Shown here: piece by piece, positions 27,350-37,571 of the stretch | Layout of the letters: every line of letters begins with the position of its first letter | Numbering within the stretch: position 1 is the stretch's first letter | Source: a virus | Taxonomy: Duplodnaviria; Caudoviricetes | Length of the DNA: 51,669 nucleotides | IMG/VR virus record: IMGVR_UViG_3300011270_000003 | Location: 1-51,669 of that record | Direction: 5' to 3' (one strand) | Position numbers and translations under genes: made by a program | The notes under the pieces: generated by a model | What the model was told of the DNA's origin: nothing | Seen by the model: only the letters and a program-made list of their open reading frames with translations | Database searches by the model: none

Positions 27350-29157
27350 TGAGGTTGTCCTTGAGGTTGAACTTGAGGTGGATTCTGTCCCATATCGAAG
27401 TCGTTACCTAAACCTGTTGCAGTCATGGTAGACTGATGCATCTGCTCTTCTAGAGCTTGAGCTTGCTTCTGACCATCTGCTTGTTCAGCGAGAGCTACGT
27501 AGGGGGTTACTACTTCGAAGTCTTCTAAATTAAATGTCTTTTCTAATATCTTAGCAAGTTTAACTCCTGAGAAGTGAGGTTGAACTGTAGGCCATAGATT
27601 GGATTGAGTGAGATTAGTAAGATTCTGAATAAGCTCTGCTTGTTCTGCGAAGTGTCTCGCAGCTACAGGTTTAATTCGTCCTATGCCTGTTATATCGTCG
27701 ACTGTAAGGGTCTGGAAGGTAGCTAATTTAAACTCGTCATCAAATACCTTAATCGTCGTAGCACCTACCATATTGCGTCTAGCGAGCTCTAAGAGGGCAT
27801 TTAAAAGAGGTTCTTCCTCTTGTTCCTCGAACTGTTTAATCTTGTTTTGATAGATACGTGCAGAAGCATTCTCTAAACGTTGTACTTCGTATTTAGTTTT
27901 TTCTCCTGGACTTCGGAACCCCATTGCTTCTCGTGGAGCTCCTGCCATCTGTTCCATGAGCTGTTCTAGACGTTCTATCTTCATGTCGCTTTGCATTACG
28001 TTGACTTCGGGTACTAATAGCTCTACGTCTCCTTCATCAGATACAAATATCTTTTCACCTGGTTGCCATGTAAAATCTTCTACGAATCCTTTAACCTTCT
28101 GTACCGGGAATGTAACTAAATCCCAGACATCTGCTCCCATGTTTTCAATATGATCCATTCGATACTGCATACCGACTAGATTATCTAATGGTCCCATACC
28201 CCATAGGTTATCTTGCTTCTTACGCCACGGAACATGAAATATAGGAGCATAACCGAAGTATGATGGACCTGGTTCGTTCGATATTAACTTATGGCGATCT
28301 ATTACTGTAATTACCCTATTCTTTTCGAATATGTCATTGATGTAATCATAATAATCGCCGTAGAAAGTTAATATCTCTACGAAATCTTGTAATAAATAAG
28401 CTCTGAATGAAGTAAATCCATCCATTGCATAGAGATGATCTCTCTGGATCCAATCTCCTTGGAACGTTCTAGCATGGAATCTAATGTTCTTAAGATAATC
28501 AAATAACTCCATGTAACGCTGTCTATTTTCATCAGTAGATACCCTCTGGAGATAATCTCTTAATTCTCCCATAGATATGATACTACGAACAAGCTTAGGA
28601 GATTGATAGAAGTTCTCTGCTGTAGGATTGAAGACAATATCAAGAGGAGAGATCCGTCTGACTGCTGGACCTACGTATCCTACTTGTGTCTTATCTGGTA
28701 GTTGTACTCTTTGGTCTACCCATTCGACAGTACCAAAGCAATTACCAAAATCTATATAATCCATGATAATCTTATCCATCTCATGCTTAAAAGATGGTTG
28801 AGAGACTACCCAAGCCATGTAGTTGGTTATAGCATCTCGTTTATCTCTGGAGTTAGAATCTCGTTCATTTGCTTCCCACGTTAACCATTTACGTTGGGGA
28901 AAGAGGGTCGCTGTATAATTGCTGTACAAGTTATCTCTAATCTGACATAACTTCGGTACAGTCGTTTTGTTCTTCCACGGTAGTTGATTATTAGTGGTTT
29001 GGGTTGTATCCGTGGCATAAACATATCGACGAACCTCTTCCCAGTCATTCTTCTTTACCTGACGTAATGTCTCCCATTGTACCCACTTCTCAGTGATACG
29101 GGTAGCTAACATATCTGGTTGTATTACATTATGAAGTTCTAGTACTTTACCAGTCAA
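27346..29157 (-). CDS. Portal protein
   Basis: 603 aa directly after TerL; RISPLDIVFNP and WGMGPL motifs; Gln-rich tail. Confidence 0.9.
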   Translation of the reverse strand: MTGKVLELHNVIQPDMLATRITEKWVQWETLRQVKKNDWEEVRRYVYATDTTQTTNNQLPWKNKTTVPKLCQIRDNLYSNYTATLFPQRKWLTWEANERDSNSRDKRDAITNYMAWVVSQPSFKHEMDKIIMDYIDFGNCFGTVEWVDQRVQLPDKTQVGYVGPAVRRISPLDIVFNPTAENFYQSPKLVRSIISMGELRDYLQRVSTDENRQRYMELFDYLKNIRFHARTFQGDWIQRDHLYAMDGFTSFRAYLLQDFVEILTFYGDYYDYINDIFEKNRVITVIDRHKLISNEPGPSYFGYAPIFHVPWRKKQDNLWGMGPLDNLVGMQYRMDHIENMGADVWDLVTFPVQKVKGFVEDFTWQPGEKIFVSDEGDVELLVPEVNVMQSDMKIERLEQLMEQMAGAPREAMGFRSPGEKTKYEVQRLENASARIYQNKIKQFEEQEEEPLLNALLELARRNMVGATTIKVFDDEFKLATFQTLTVDDITGIGRIKPVAARHFAEQAELIQNLTNLTQSNLWPTVQPHFSGVKLAKILEKTFNLEDFEVVTPYVALAEQADGQKQAQALEEQMHQSTMTATGLGNDFDMGQNPPQVQPQGQPQ

Positions 29158-30740
29158 GTCACACCACCGAACTTACTATGAAATTGAAACACTATTTGAG
29201 CATCTTTCTTCATTCTAAATATATCTAAGGGAACTACAGCAAAGTCTACGGCTGCAGCTAAGGCATCTTTTATGTCATCGTGAGCAGGATTAGTAAATAT
29301 AAGCTCTTCTTCTAATGTTTGACAATTACCTCCGGCATAATGCCACATTTGAAGATTAGAATACTTAGGCTCTAAAGTAGCTTGTATTCTTTCTTCTTTA
29401 GATCCTTGCCATCGGCTAGGACGATATTCTTCTACAGAGAGAGACAAACCAAAAGGTCTAATATAATTGTCTTTAAGATCTCTTACTATGACTTGTTGAG
29501 CGACAGAGACTTCTGCTCTTAGTTTATGAAAAGCCCACTTCTCATGTAGTTTTAATATTCTGTTAAAGTAATCAGATATCTTATCTGTCTTAAATCTGTC
29601 TATATCTAGGATGTAGTAGTTGCCTTTACCATCTACTCCTACGACTACTATCGCTGAGTGATCCGCCCTTTTCCCAGACGAATACGCGAAATCGACGGCT
29701 GCGACGACGTTGAGACGTTCGTTCTTAAAGAACCATCTTCCATCTTTCTGTCCGAGGAAGGCTGGGTTGTAGTACTGGAACAAATCTCGTTTAATTGCGG
29801 ACGAATCGATGTCGTGCGGATCGTTATAGTATTGGGCCCTAAAGTGTACCTTGTTGATGTACTGTGCTCTTTTTGTGGCCAGGATTTTACTGTCGAAGCC
29901 AAACCAGCGTCCGTCTGTTCTTTGCTGTCTAGGCCATAGGAATTCGCCAGTGCCGTCGCCCACTGATTCAACCTGTCGTTCAAATACCTCGAATAAAGGT
30001 GTTGCGTTGGAAACATTGCCCAATTCATCGTAATCTTCAATCTCCATATCTTGTAGACTAGAATATAAATCTTTAGGATGGTATCTAGTCCCGACCACCC
30101 ATTCTCTTGCATTTACTGTTTCAATAGATGATAACAGTGAATATTGACTTTGTACTTTCTCTCGGCCATCTTCTAAGTAAGCGTTAGACTCTACAACCAC
30201 GTCATCAAGAGCAGCAATGTCGCAATGTAAACCGACAATGTTACTAGTAAGACCTGCAGTAAAGATCGAAGGATCTCTGACCGATTCGGCTCTTCTAAGA
30301 GGATGGTCAATAGAGATTTCTCTTTCTGTCCATTTCTCACGTTTAGCTTCCTCTTTCTCGACCATATCTGGCCAATAGATTCTATACGTATCGTTAGTTA
30401 GAATATCTTTAATAAACTTAAGTTGTTTAATAGCTAAGTTAGAAGTACTAGATATTAATAGAATTCTTAGAGTAGGGTCTTTAGTTAATTCCCAGACTAA
30501 TCTATAAGCTAAAAGAGTAGACTTCATATGATCTCTAGGTAAGAGTAGAAGCTGATGAGACTTAGATTCTTGTTTACACCACCAACTAATTACTTCTCTA
30601 TGAACGTTACCTAAGACTCTCTTAGGATGGACTAACTTAATAAACTCTTCTAAAGAAGACTCAGCAAGGAACTTACGATCTGCTCTTACGTCAGATAACT
30701 TAACCTTAGATTTATTTAGACTACCTTTAGGTCTACCCAT
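29154..30740 (-). CDS. terL: Terminase large subunit
   Basis: LLLLPRDHMKST (Walker A variant), GLHCDIAALDDVV (Walker B), VGTRYH, AVDFA and HDDIKDAL nuclease motifs. Confidence 0.93.
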   Translation of the reverse strand: MGRPKGSLNKSKVKLSDVRADRKFLAESSLEEFIKLVHPKRVLGNVHREVISWWCKQESKSHQLLLLPRDHMKSTLLAYRLVWELTKDPTLRILLISSTSNLAIKQLKFIKDILTNDTYRIYWPDMVEKEEAKREKWTEREISIDHPLRRAESVRDPSIFTAGLTSNIVGLHCDIAALDDVVVESNAYLEDGREKVQSQYSLLSSIETVNAREWVVGTRYHPKDLYSSLQDMEIEDYDELGNVSNATPLFEVFERQVESVGDGTGEFLWPRQQRTDGRWFGFDSKILATKRAQYINKVHFRAQYYNDPHDIDSSAIKRDLFQYYNPAFLGQKDGRWFFKNERLNVVAAVDFAYSSGKRADHSAIVVVGVDGKGNYYILDIDRFKTDKISDYFNRILKLHEKWAFHKLRAEVSVAQQVIVRDLKDNYIRPFGLSLSVEEYRPSRWQGSKEERIQATLEPKYSNLQMWHYAGGNCQTLEEELIFTNPAHDDIKDALAAAVDFAVVPLDIFRMKKDAQIVFQFHSKFGGVT

Positions 30741-31018
30741 TAATCTACCGACATGCCATGTATTTTAATATATTCAAGAACCTTATCAAATCTACGTTCA
30801 AATAAAGTAAGACGTTCTGCTTGATTATCTAACCGTTGAGTTTGTACAGCCATGTCAATTACTACTTTATTTAAGCCTTTTAATTCTGTTTTTATATCGT
30901 GCACATCTTCTTTAATTTGTGCAGCATCTATAGTTTGTTTCCAATAGAAACCTGCTACAGTAAACAAAATAGTAGCTGTGGTTACTATAGTCCCTAGACT
31001 TATTTCCCAGACAATCAT
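30740..31018 (-). CDS. Membrane-anchored coiled-coil protein
   Basis: N-terminal TM helix followed by heptad pattern. Confidence 0.7.
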   Translation of the reverse strand: MIVWEISLGTIVTTATILFTVAGFYWKQTIDAAQIKEDVHDIKTELKGLNKVVIDMAVQTQRLDNQAERLTLFERRFDKVLEYIKIHGMSVD

Positions 31019-31021
31019 AGA

Positions 31022-31336
31022 TCAAGTAAATTTACCTACTGCTATAGCAGATACGTTAGCACCTGTGGTAATAGACCAAGCTCCTGATTTAGAATACATT
31101 CTGAAAAACAAAGTAGTTGTTGAAGATGGTGTTATCGTTGCTGTTATTAAAGTTGTAGCTCCATCTATAAGCGCTAATGTAGTTGCTGCTGCTGCACCGC
31201 TGACTGTAATACTATCAAGGTAATCACCTACTTTACCAGTAGTATTACCTTGAGTAGCAGAAAGTACAACGGTAGCCCCTGCACCTATAGTATTAAAAAA
31301 CCCCGGCACACTAGGATCTGACATATATTGAACCAT
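31022..31336 (-). CDS. Putative small virion protein
   Basis: Thr/Ala/Gly-rich; GAWSITTGANVSAIAVGKFT. Confidence 0.7.
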   Translation of the reverse strand: MVQYMSDPSVPGFFNTIGAGATVVLSATQGNTTGKVGDYLDSITVSGAAAATTLALIDGATTLITATITPSSTTTLFFRMYSKSGAWSITTGANVSAIAVGKFT

Positions 31337-31342
31337 TAGATA

Positions 31343-31477
31343 TTATTTTCCTCTTCCGACAGCTTGACTGCCTTTATGTTTTGAATTCCAAATTCGAGCT
31401 GCTTTACCTTGTGCAGCCTTACGAGACATACCTTTACGAATAAAGGAGTCTCTTATCTTCTCATACCCCGCGGGCAT
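31343..31477 (-). CDS. Small basic protein (44 aa, MPAGYEKIRDSF...)
   Basis: Manual translation; AAGG RBS. Confidence 0.65.
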   Translation of the reverse strand: MPAGYEKIRDSFIRKGMSRKAAQGKAARIWNSKHKGSQAVGRGK

Positions 31478-31619
31478 GCATACGCCTTGCTTGCGGCTTC
31501 TCTATGCTATTCCACCTAGTGCTTGCGGCTTTGACTGCTATTGCAGATCTATGCTTTCGGCTTAATTTAGCTGCTCTAGCATAACCTCCTATACTATGAA
31601 TGTTTTCTTGGTCTGCCAC
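31461..31619 (-). CDS. Small basic protein with a GGxARAAKLSxxxRSxIAxKAAxxRW motif (52 aa, GTG start)
   Basis: Manual translation; not in the ORF track. Confidence 0.65.
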   Translation of the reverse strand: MADQENIHSIGGYARAAKLSRKHRSAIAVKAASTRWNSIEKPQARRMHARGV

Positions 31620-33699
31620 CCATTTTCCCCATATCACTGAATGTTAATAATTTAGGTTTACTAGCTGCTTCTTGTCTCTTCCACCACTGAGCTACTTCTG
31701 CACTAACTTCTGCTTCAGTTATATATCTACCAGAAGATATAATTGCAGGAGGTGCAGGAGGTATTGGTAGATTAAGAACTAAAGCTTGAAACCATTGCTG
31801 ATCTATTGGTTTAAAAGTTCCAGGCAATGGCCAATCAGATTGATTGAACGGTTTAATCCCTACCGGAAGATAGATTACTAAATTCTGATTATGATCTCTA
31901 AACCAGTAAACTGGATAAGGATTTTTCCAATCTGTCTGAGAGAAGGGAAATGTATTGGATTGGAAGAAAGATAGAAGATTTTGTAACCATGTCTGATCGA
32001 TAGGTTTACTAACCACAGGAGTCGGAAAGTCCACATTCTGAAAGAATGGTGTCGGAAATGGTAACTGTACATTACCTGCTTCTGCCCAGAATTGTTGTAT
32101 TGGCTGATATGTTCTGGGTAAAGGCCAGTCCGTCTGAAAGAACGGAGGTGCCGTTGGCCCCATTAATATAGTTGGATTATAAATCCAAGTATATATCAAT
32201 CCAGGAAGTTGAGGTGGATTTCTCCAATCGAACTGTGCTTCAACAACTGTTGCAGTTAAAGTAGTTCCTAATAGATTTTGAATATTAGGATCTAAATACC
32301 AATACATAAATTTAGGATTGGGCCATTCAGTCTGAAAGAAAGGAACTCCTACAACAGGCTGAGCTGGACCTTGAGACCAGAAACGATCCCAGACTATTCG
32401 TTGTGGGTTGGGCCAATCATTCTGGACAAACGGGAAAGTTTCTGATTGATAAAATATGTTTAGACTTTGAGACCAAGTTTGTAATAGTGGCTGATAAGTC
32501 TTTGGTAATGACCAATCCGTCTGTTTAAAGGGTATTACTTGTTGAAAGCTTTGAGTCCAAGATTGATACCATATAACAGGAGAAGATAGAGGCCAATTAC
32601 TTTGTATAAATGGATTCTGAGTAATTGCAGTTAAAGAATTACCAGACCAAGTCCAAGTTTGATACCAAGTAAGATTCGGTATGTTATTCTGACTTAAATC
32701 TAAACCAAATGGTTGACCTTGAGGAGTCAGAGGTATTGGAAGACTGTTATTGCCTGTTTCCTGCCAAATATTAACATTGTAATATATTGGTGGAAATGCA
32801 TATGTATCTATCGGTCTAAACGGAGTAGGACGAGGTAATAAAACATTACCACGATCTTCTACACTTTGATACCAATAAGTTCTAGGAGGATTAGACCACG
32901 ATTGTTGAACACGTAAAGTCTGAGTTAATACTCTAGGAATAGGAAGAGTAGTTAATCCATTTTGTGTCCATTTCTGCCATTCTGAATAAGTAGTCCCTCT
33001 AGGAGGTAAATCAGATATGTTAGAAACAACTGGAGCAGTAGCTGCACCACTATTTGGTTTTAAAGCTAGAACATTAGCTATCCAACTATTAGTAGAACCA
33101 GAATTATTAACCCAAGTTCCTTGAATTGAGCCTGCTGAAGTTTGTGTTTGTTTCTCTGATCCTTCTGCTGAACTATTAGGATTAGGATTAAGACTATTAG
33201 TAAACCCACTACCAGCAGTAGCTGAACTACCAGCAGTAGAACAAGAATAAGCAGACCAAATAAGATCGCCATTGACGGTAGTTGTAATACCCGTACCAGC
33301 ATTAAAACTACCCGTATTAATTACATTAACTGTAGCTTTACCTTGATGCCCGTCTAATCCGGCTGATGGACCTCCTGTAGTACTCCATTCTTCTACCTGT
33401 ATAGCTCTGAATGATGTAGCAGGTGAATTATTTAGAGTAAATATCTTAGGACCATTAGTTATATTTACTGTAGCACAGACGGCTGCGGATTGTCCGCCTC
33501 CAGTTTCATCAGTATTATCTAAAACAGTATAGGTATTACCGCCAACATCATCTGTAATGCTAGGAGTAGATGTATCTCCCCAAGTAAAAGCAATTAATAC
33601 TGCATTACCCGATGTAACTGGATTAGTTAGTGTTGCAGTTAAAGTAGCTCCAGAAGCTGAATTTCCAGACCCAACGGATTGAACTAATGTCCATGTCAT
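31594..33699 (-). CDS. Putative virion protein: N-terminal beta domain plus PFxQxDWPxP repeats
   Basis: 701 aa; about nine Trp/Pro/Gln-rich repeats. Confidence 0.7.
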   Translation of the reverse strand: MTWTLVQSVGSGNSASGATLTATLTNPVTSGNAVLIAFTWGDTSTPSITDDVGGNTYTVLDNTDETGGGQSAAVCATVNITNGPKIFTLNNSPATSFRAIQVEEWSTTGGPSAGLDGHQGKATVNVINTGSFNAGTGITTTVNGDLIWSAYSCSTAGSSATAGSGFTNSLNPNPNSSAEGSEKQTQTSAGSIQGTWVNNSGSTNSWIANVLALKPNSGAATAPVVSNISDLPPRGTTYSEWQKWTQNGLTTLPIPRVLTQTLRVQQSWSNPPRTYWYQSVEDRGNVLLPRPTPFRPIDTYAFPPIYYNVNIWQETGNNSLPIPLTPQGQPFGLDLSQNNIPNLTWYQTWTWSGNSLTAITQNPFIQSNWPLSSPVIWYQSWTQSFQQVIPFKQTDWSLPKTYQPLLQTWSQSLNIFYQSETFPFVQNDWPNPQRIVWDRFWSQGPAQPVVGVPFFQTEWPNPKFMYWYLDPNIQNLLGTTLTATVVEAQFDWRNPPQLPGLIYTWIYNPTILMGPTAPPFFQTDWPLPRTYQPIQQFWAEAGNVQLPFPTPFFQNVDFPTPVVSKPIDQTWLQNLLSFFQSNTFPFSQTDWKNPYPVYWFRDHNQNLVIYLPVGIKPFNQSDWPLPGTFKPIDQQWFQALVLNLPIPPAPPAIISSGRYITEAEVSAEVAQWWKRQEAASKPKLLTFSDMGKMGGRPRKHS

Positions 33700-35840
33700 T
33701 ATTGATTTCCTGGAGGTATCGGAGAAAGACCAGCTATAATTTCAAATCTAGCTTTAGCAGGTAAAGTATATGTAGCTCCTGTTGAGGGATCAATCCAAGG
33801 CCATTGAGTATAGCCCCAAAATGCTGGTTTAGAAGTTAAATATAATGATGCAGGAATAGGAAACGGACGTGTATTATCATTAGGACCTGAACCACTTATA
33901 CCATGCCAGCGTTGTTGCTGTGTAAACCAATCCCAATTACCTTGACGTAATTGACCATTTTCTGTACCTGGAGTGAATACAACTCCACCGGCTGCTACTT
34001 GAGTTTTACCAAAACACCACATATTGACTTCATTACCTTGAAGACTAGTAAGTTGTTCATATTGAAAACTTGTTTGTGTCTCTCCTGAAGGAGGATCATT
34101 GAACAATACTTGGCCATTAAAACCGAGTACACAACCTACAACATTGTTGTATTTGCTAAACCCTTGAATATTAGCAGGATCACGGTCTCCAAAATCTTTA
34201 TAAGGAAAGACACCAGAAGTATAAGTACGAAGAGGACCTGCAGCAGCTCTAAGACCAGTCAACCAACATCTAAAGACAGTAATATAAATCTGATTACCCC
34301 AGTAAGTATCGCAATTATAGTTTTGTGTATAATTACCTTCAAATAATTCCATATGTCCTGTTGTCATATGGCCTGCATTCATACCAGCTTCACCAAGACT
34401 CGGATAATTAGATCCAAATGAATCATCCATATAACAATATGCTATAACGTTACCTCCGCCGGAGGCTCGCATAACAATCTGTTTATTTCCAAACCAATGG
34501 ATATTGTTCTCTAGAAGATTATCAGCAGAACCATTATCTATTGAGAAAAGATAACCACCACCGCCAGGATTTACATCTGGTGATTCATGCATAAAAGAAT
34601 CACGTACTTCACATCGATAAGAGTTAACAAAACGAACCGAAGGACCATTTGCCCAGCAAGAATCTATATTTTTAACCCAACAATAAGATGCTAATCCTAC
34701 TATAAGATTTCCTTGACCATTAAGACCACCCCATATAAATAAATCTTCAACACCTGTATTAGTAGCAAAACCACTATTAGCTAAGTCCCAAGGTGTAAAT
34801 TGAGCAAGATATTGAGTACCATATGTAACATGGAATGGTGTTTTGAATGTAACTGTATTACCGACGACTGATTGAACTTCCATTACTTGACTTAAGGAAC
34901 GGTCAAGACGACAGAAGTAGCTTCTTGTGCCACCTGGAGTATTAGGAGCATTGTTATTTGGTCCCCAATATACATCTGGATGTTGGGGACAACCCACAGC
35001 CGAGGTATTAATATCTATTAAAGCAAGATCTCCAGGACTTACGCTAGGTGCACTAGCTAATGTACATGAAAATGCATCTTTTACGGCATCAGTAGTTAAG
35101 TTTATAGATGTTCCAAGTTGACTGGGATCACCGCCTAAACTCAGAATACCGAATTGGTTACCAAATGTATCTGCACGATCTGCTTTAACAAGTTGAGTAG
35201 CAGCAACATCTACTGCGTAAGAACCGGCTAAGCCTGATTGAAGAGTAGTATTAACTCCATTAATGCCGAAGTTTGCTGTTCCTGAACCTGGACCAGATCC
35301 TCTTAGAGTAATATTGGATACTCTCATACGAAGACCACCAACTGAAATACGGAAGACACCTGTATTTAATTTGACTACTTGATCAGATGTACAAGTATTA
35401 ATAGCATTTTGTATTACTGCTGTATCATCCAATCCTATACTTTGAGTACCTGATTGAGTTCCTGAAGTATTAACAGATGTTCCACTAGAAGAACCACTAC
35501 CATTATCAGCACAGAACTGGAATGAACTTCCTGATAGACCTGTAACAGAGACATAATAGTTAGTATTTTTACTAATTCCTGTTGGTAAAGCACCTGTTGT
35601 CTGGAAAGTGAATCTTTCACCACCAACAAAGGTATTAGTCATATGGACTAAACCAGGGGTTGCAATATCAATGGTGACAGTGGTCCCCGCTGCTGGAGAC
35701 AACGGAGACAGTGTTGTAAAAATAGTATTTCTAGTCGGAATACCTCCGTTGTAAGTTACACCTGGTTTCCATATAATTCTTCTATCAGATGGTATTATAG
35801 GTGGATTAGACGGAGCATATCTGAAAGTACTGGTGGGCAC
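33699..35840 (-). CDS. Pectate-lyase-like beta-helix protein (putative depolymerase or spike)
   Basis: DDTAVIQNAIN..VVKLNTGVFRIS..SNITLRGSG entry motif; NLLENNI and GNVIAY Asn-ladder repeats. Confidence 0.75.
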   Translation of the reverse strand: MPTSTFRYAPSNPPIIPSDRRIIWKPGVTYNGGIPTRNTIFTTLSPLSPAAGTTVTIDIATPGLVHMTNTFVGGERFTFQTTGALPTGISKNTNYYVSVTGLSGSSFQFCADNGSGSSSGTSVNTSGTQSGTQSIGLDDTAVIQNAINTCTSDQVVKLNTGVFRISVGGLRMRVSNITLRGSGPGSGTANFGINGVNTTLQSGLAGSYAVDVAATQLVKADRADTFGNQFGILSLGGDPSQLGTSINLTTDAVKDAFSCTLASAPSVSPGDLALIDINTSAVGCPQHPDVYWGPNNNAPNTPGGTRSYFCRLDRSLSQVMEVQSVVGNTVTFKTPFHVTYGTQYLAQFTPWDLANSGFATNTGVEDLFIWGGLNGQGNLIVGLASYCWVKNIDSCWANGPSVRFVNSYRCEVRDSFMHESPDVNPGGGGYLFSIDNGSADNLLENNIHWFGNKQIVMRASGGGNVIAYCYMDDSFGSNYPSLGEAGMNAGHMTTGHMELFEGNYTQNYNCDTYWGNQIYITVFRCWLTGLRAAAGPLRTYTSGVFPYKDFGDRDPANIQGFSKYNNVVGCVLGFNGQVLFNDPPSGETQTSFQYEQLTSLQGNEVNMWCFGKTQVAAGGVVFTPGTENGQLRQGNWDWFTQQQRWHGISGSGPNDNTRPFPIPASLYLTSKPAFWGYTQWPWIDPSTGATYTLPAKARFEIIAGLSPIPPGNQ

Positions 35841-36214
35841 TAAATATCAGGTTCTCTAATATAACCGTTAAATTGAGAAGCTACTGCATTAGAGATGTGT
35901 GTATCTGTTACCAAAAGACCTTGAGCAGCCCTATTGGCTGTTGTTAAAGGAATTGTCCCTGATACTGTAGCATCAGCTATTACGGTAGTATCTGTAGCTA
36001 CTGAATTTGAAAATATCAATGTCCAGGGATTTACTCCTTGAGCATTTAGTGGAGATGTGAATATTTGTACTGCGAAATTAGCACGTTCCCTGTGAAAAGG
36101 GACAGTAGCTGGATTCTCAGTAGCAACTACCTGAGCATACGTAAGTAAAGCAGCTCCAACTCTACCTTGGAAAGTAGGATCTCCAGTTAGAACTGCGGCA
36201 TCACTAAAGGCCAT
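35840..36214 (-). CDS. Hypothetical protein (probably virion-associated)
   Basis: Coupled ORF in the late operon. Confidence 0.7.
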   Translation of the reverse strand: MAFSDAAVLTGDPTFQGRVGAALLTYAQVVATENPATVPFHRERANFAVQIFTSPLNAQGVNPWTLIFSNSVATDTTVIADATVSGTIPLTTANRAAQGLLVTDTHISNAVASQFNGYIREPDI

Positions 36215-36750
36215 TAGTACGGCTCGTAGATAATATGCACGTTAGCAGTAGTAGACGCACCGGTACCGGCAGACATGTTCAGAAGAATAGCCTGACCGAA
36301 GGTAACAGGAGGACCAGCAGCAAAGATAGCATTACCTATGAGGGTAAACTGCTGAGTAGGTGCTGCATTCCATCGTATGATACCACCGAAGGTGTTTAGA
36401 CCGACGTTGATCTTAGGAGATGTAATAGCATTAGATGCTTGAGGCTGAGTAGTAACAGCAGCAATAAAGGTAGTATTGATTGTAGGAGTAGCGTTAGACT
36501 GCATAGGACCGTCTGAATTAGGGGCAGCTAGAGCAGATGCACCGCCTGTCTGAGCAGTACTAATAGGGATATATGCAAATGCACCAATGGTAGATGCTGA
36601 TGCTGTACCTGAGATTAAGATTTCATTGATATCGGTGACTTGTGTAGTACTAGATCCGACCATAGCCATATAGCCTGAGGTAGTCGCTGCAGTAGCTAAA
36701 GCAGTAGCTGGGAAGGTTACACCGAATGTATTAAACGATCGTTTAGCCAT
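36214..36750 (-). CDS. Putative virion structural protein
   Basis: Ala/Thr-rich beta-type sequence. Confidence 0.7.
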   Translation of the reverse strand: MAKRSFNTFGVTFPATALATAATTSGYMAMVGSSTTQVTDINEILISGTASASTIGAFAYIPISTAQTGGASALAAPNSDGPMQSNATPTINTTFIAAVTTQPQASNAITSPKINVGLNTFGGIIRWNAAPTQQFTLIGNAIFAAGPPVTFGQAILLNMSAGTGASTTANVHIIYEPY

Positions 36751-37088
36751 TAATAATTATTTCCTTGATTTGAATAGAAGGTCAGACCTTCTTCTTGTTG
36801 TTGAATATAAGTTTTATGTACATAATCTGGTAGTTTTGAACTGATACCACAGTTATCACAAATATATTTATCACAGTAAGAGCAGTAACTACGTTCTCTC
36901 GTACGAAGAGGATTTATAATTACTACTGTTCCACAGTGATTACAGTGATTAGTTTTAGTCTCGAATAGTTGACCCTCTCCGACAAGACCAGGAGAATAAC
37001 CTAGTCTTACAGCTTCTTCTGGAGTTAGACCAGGAGAAGCTCTATGGTCGACCATTAGATAGCCTTCATGAATCTGTTTCTGTCTCAT
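36750..37088 (-). CDS. Zinc-finger protein
   Basis: CNHC..CSYC..CDNC. Confidence 0.75.
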   Translation of the reverse strand: MRQKQIHEGYLMVDHRASPGLTPEEAVRLGYSPGLVGEGQLFETKTNHCNHCGTVVIINPLRTRERSYCSYCDKYICDNCGISSKLPDYVHKTYIQQQEEGLTFYSNQGNNY

Positions 37089-37211
37089 CTTTAATAATTT
37101 CTAAATGAGTTAGATTGTGATTCTTTAAATTCTCTTTTCCCCAAGAGAAGACCCAATCTAATTCTTCAAATACGATAGGAACTTTATAACCGTCTGTTAT
37201 AAGACTCCAAG

Positions 37212-37571
37212 TCATCTACTACGACCTAAGGCTTTAATAGAACCTACGGTACCAGCTTTACTTCTAGAGGCGTTCTTATAGGCTTTGTAGGTCTTGGTGT
37301 AGCCTCCACCTGACTGACCGAACTCTCCTGAGGGTTTACCATAGGCTGAGCCATGTGATTCTGCATCTGTGTCTGTAGTTCCTTCAGTATCTCCGGACTG
37401 AATGTCTTGTAACGTGAAGTATTGGTTGACTTCATAGCAGGGGAAATTCCTTCTTTGTTTATCTACATCGACTATAGGAAGTTTGTAACTATCGATACTA
37501 ACTCCAGATACTTTAGATAGACCTAAACTAGGAGGACTATCTCCGTATTCTTGTCCTGTTGAGTATGTCAT
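37212..37571 (-). CDS. Hypothetical protein
   Basis: TAATG-coupled ORF. Confidence 0.7.
   Translation of the reverse strand: MTYSTGQEYGDSPPSLGLSKVSGVSIDSYKLPIVDVDKQRRNFPCYEVNQYFTLQDIQSGDTEGTTDTDAESHGSAYGKPSGEFGQSGGGYTKTYKAYKNASRSKAGTVGSIKALGRSR

Noticed and set aside
29648-30112. Overlapping ORFs within terL
   Set aside because: They are explained by the locally higher GC and have no RBS or motifs.
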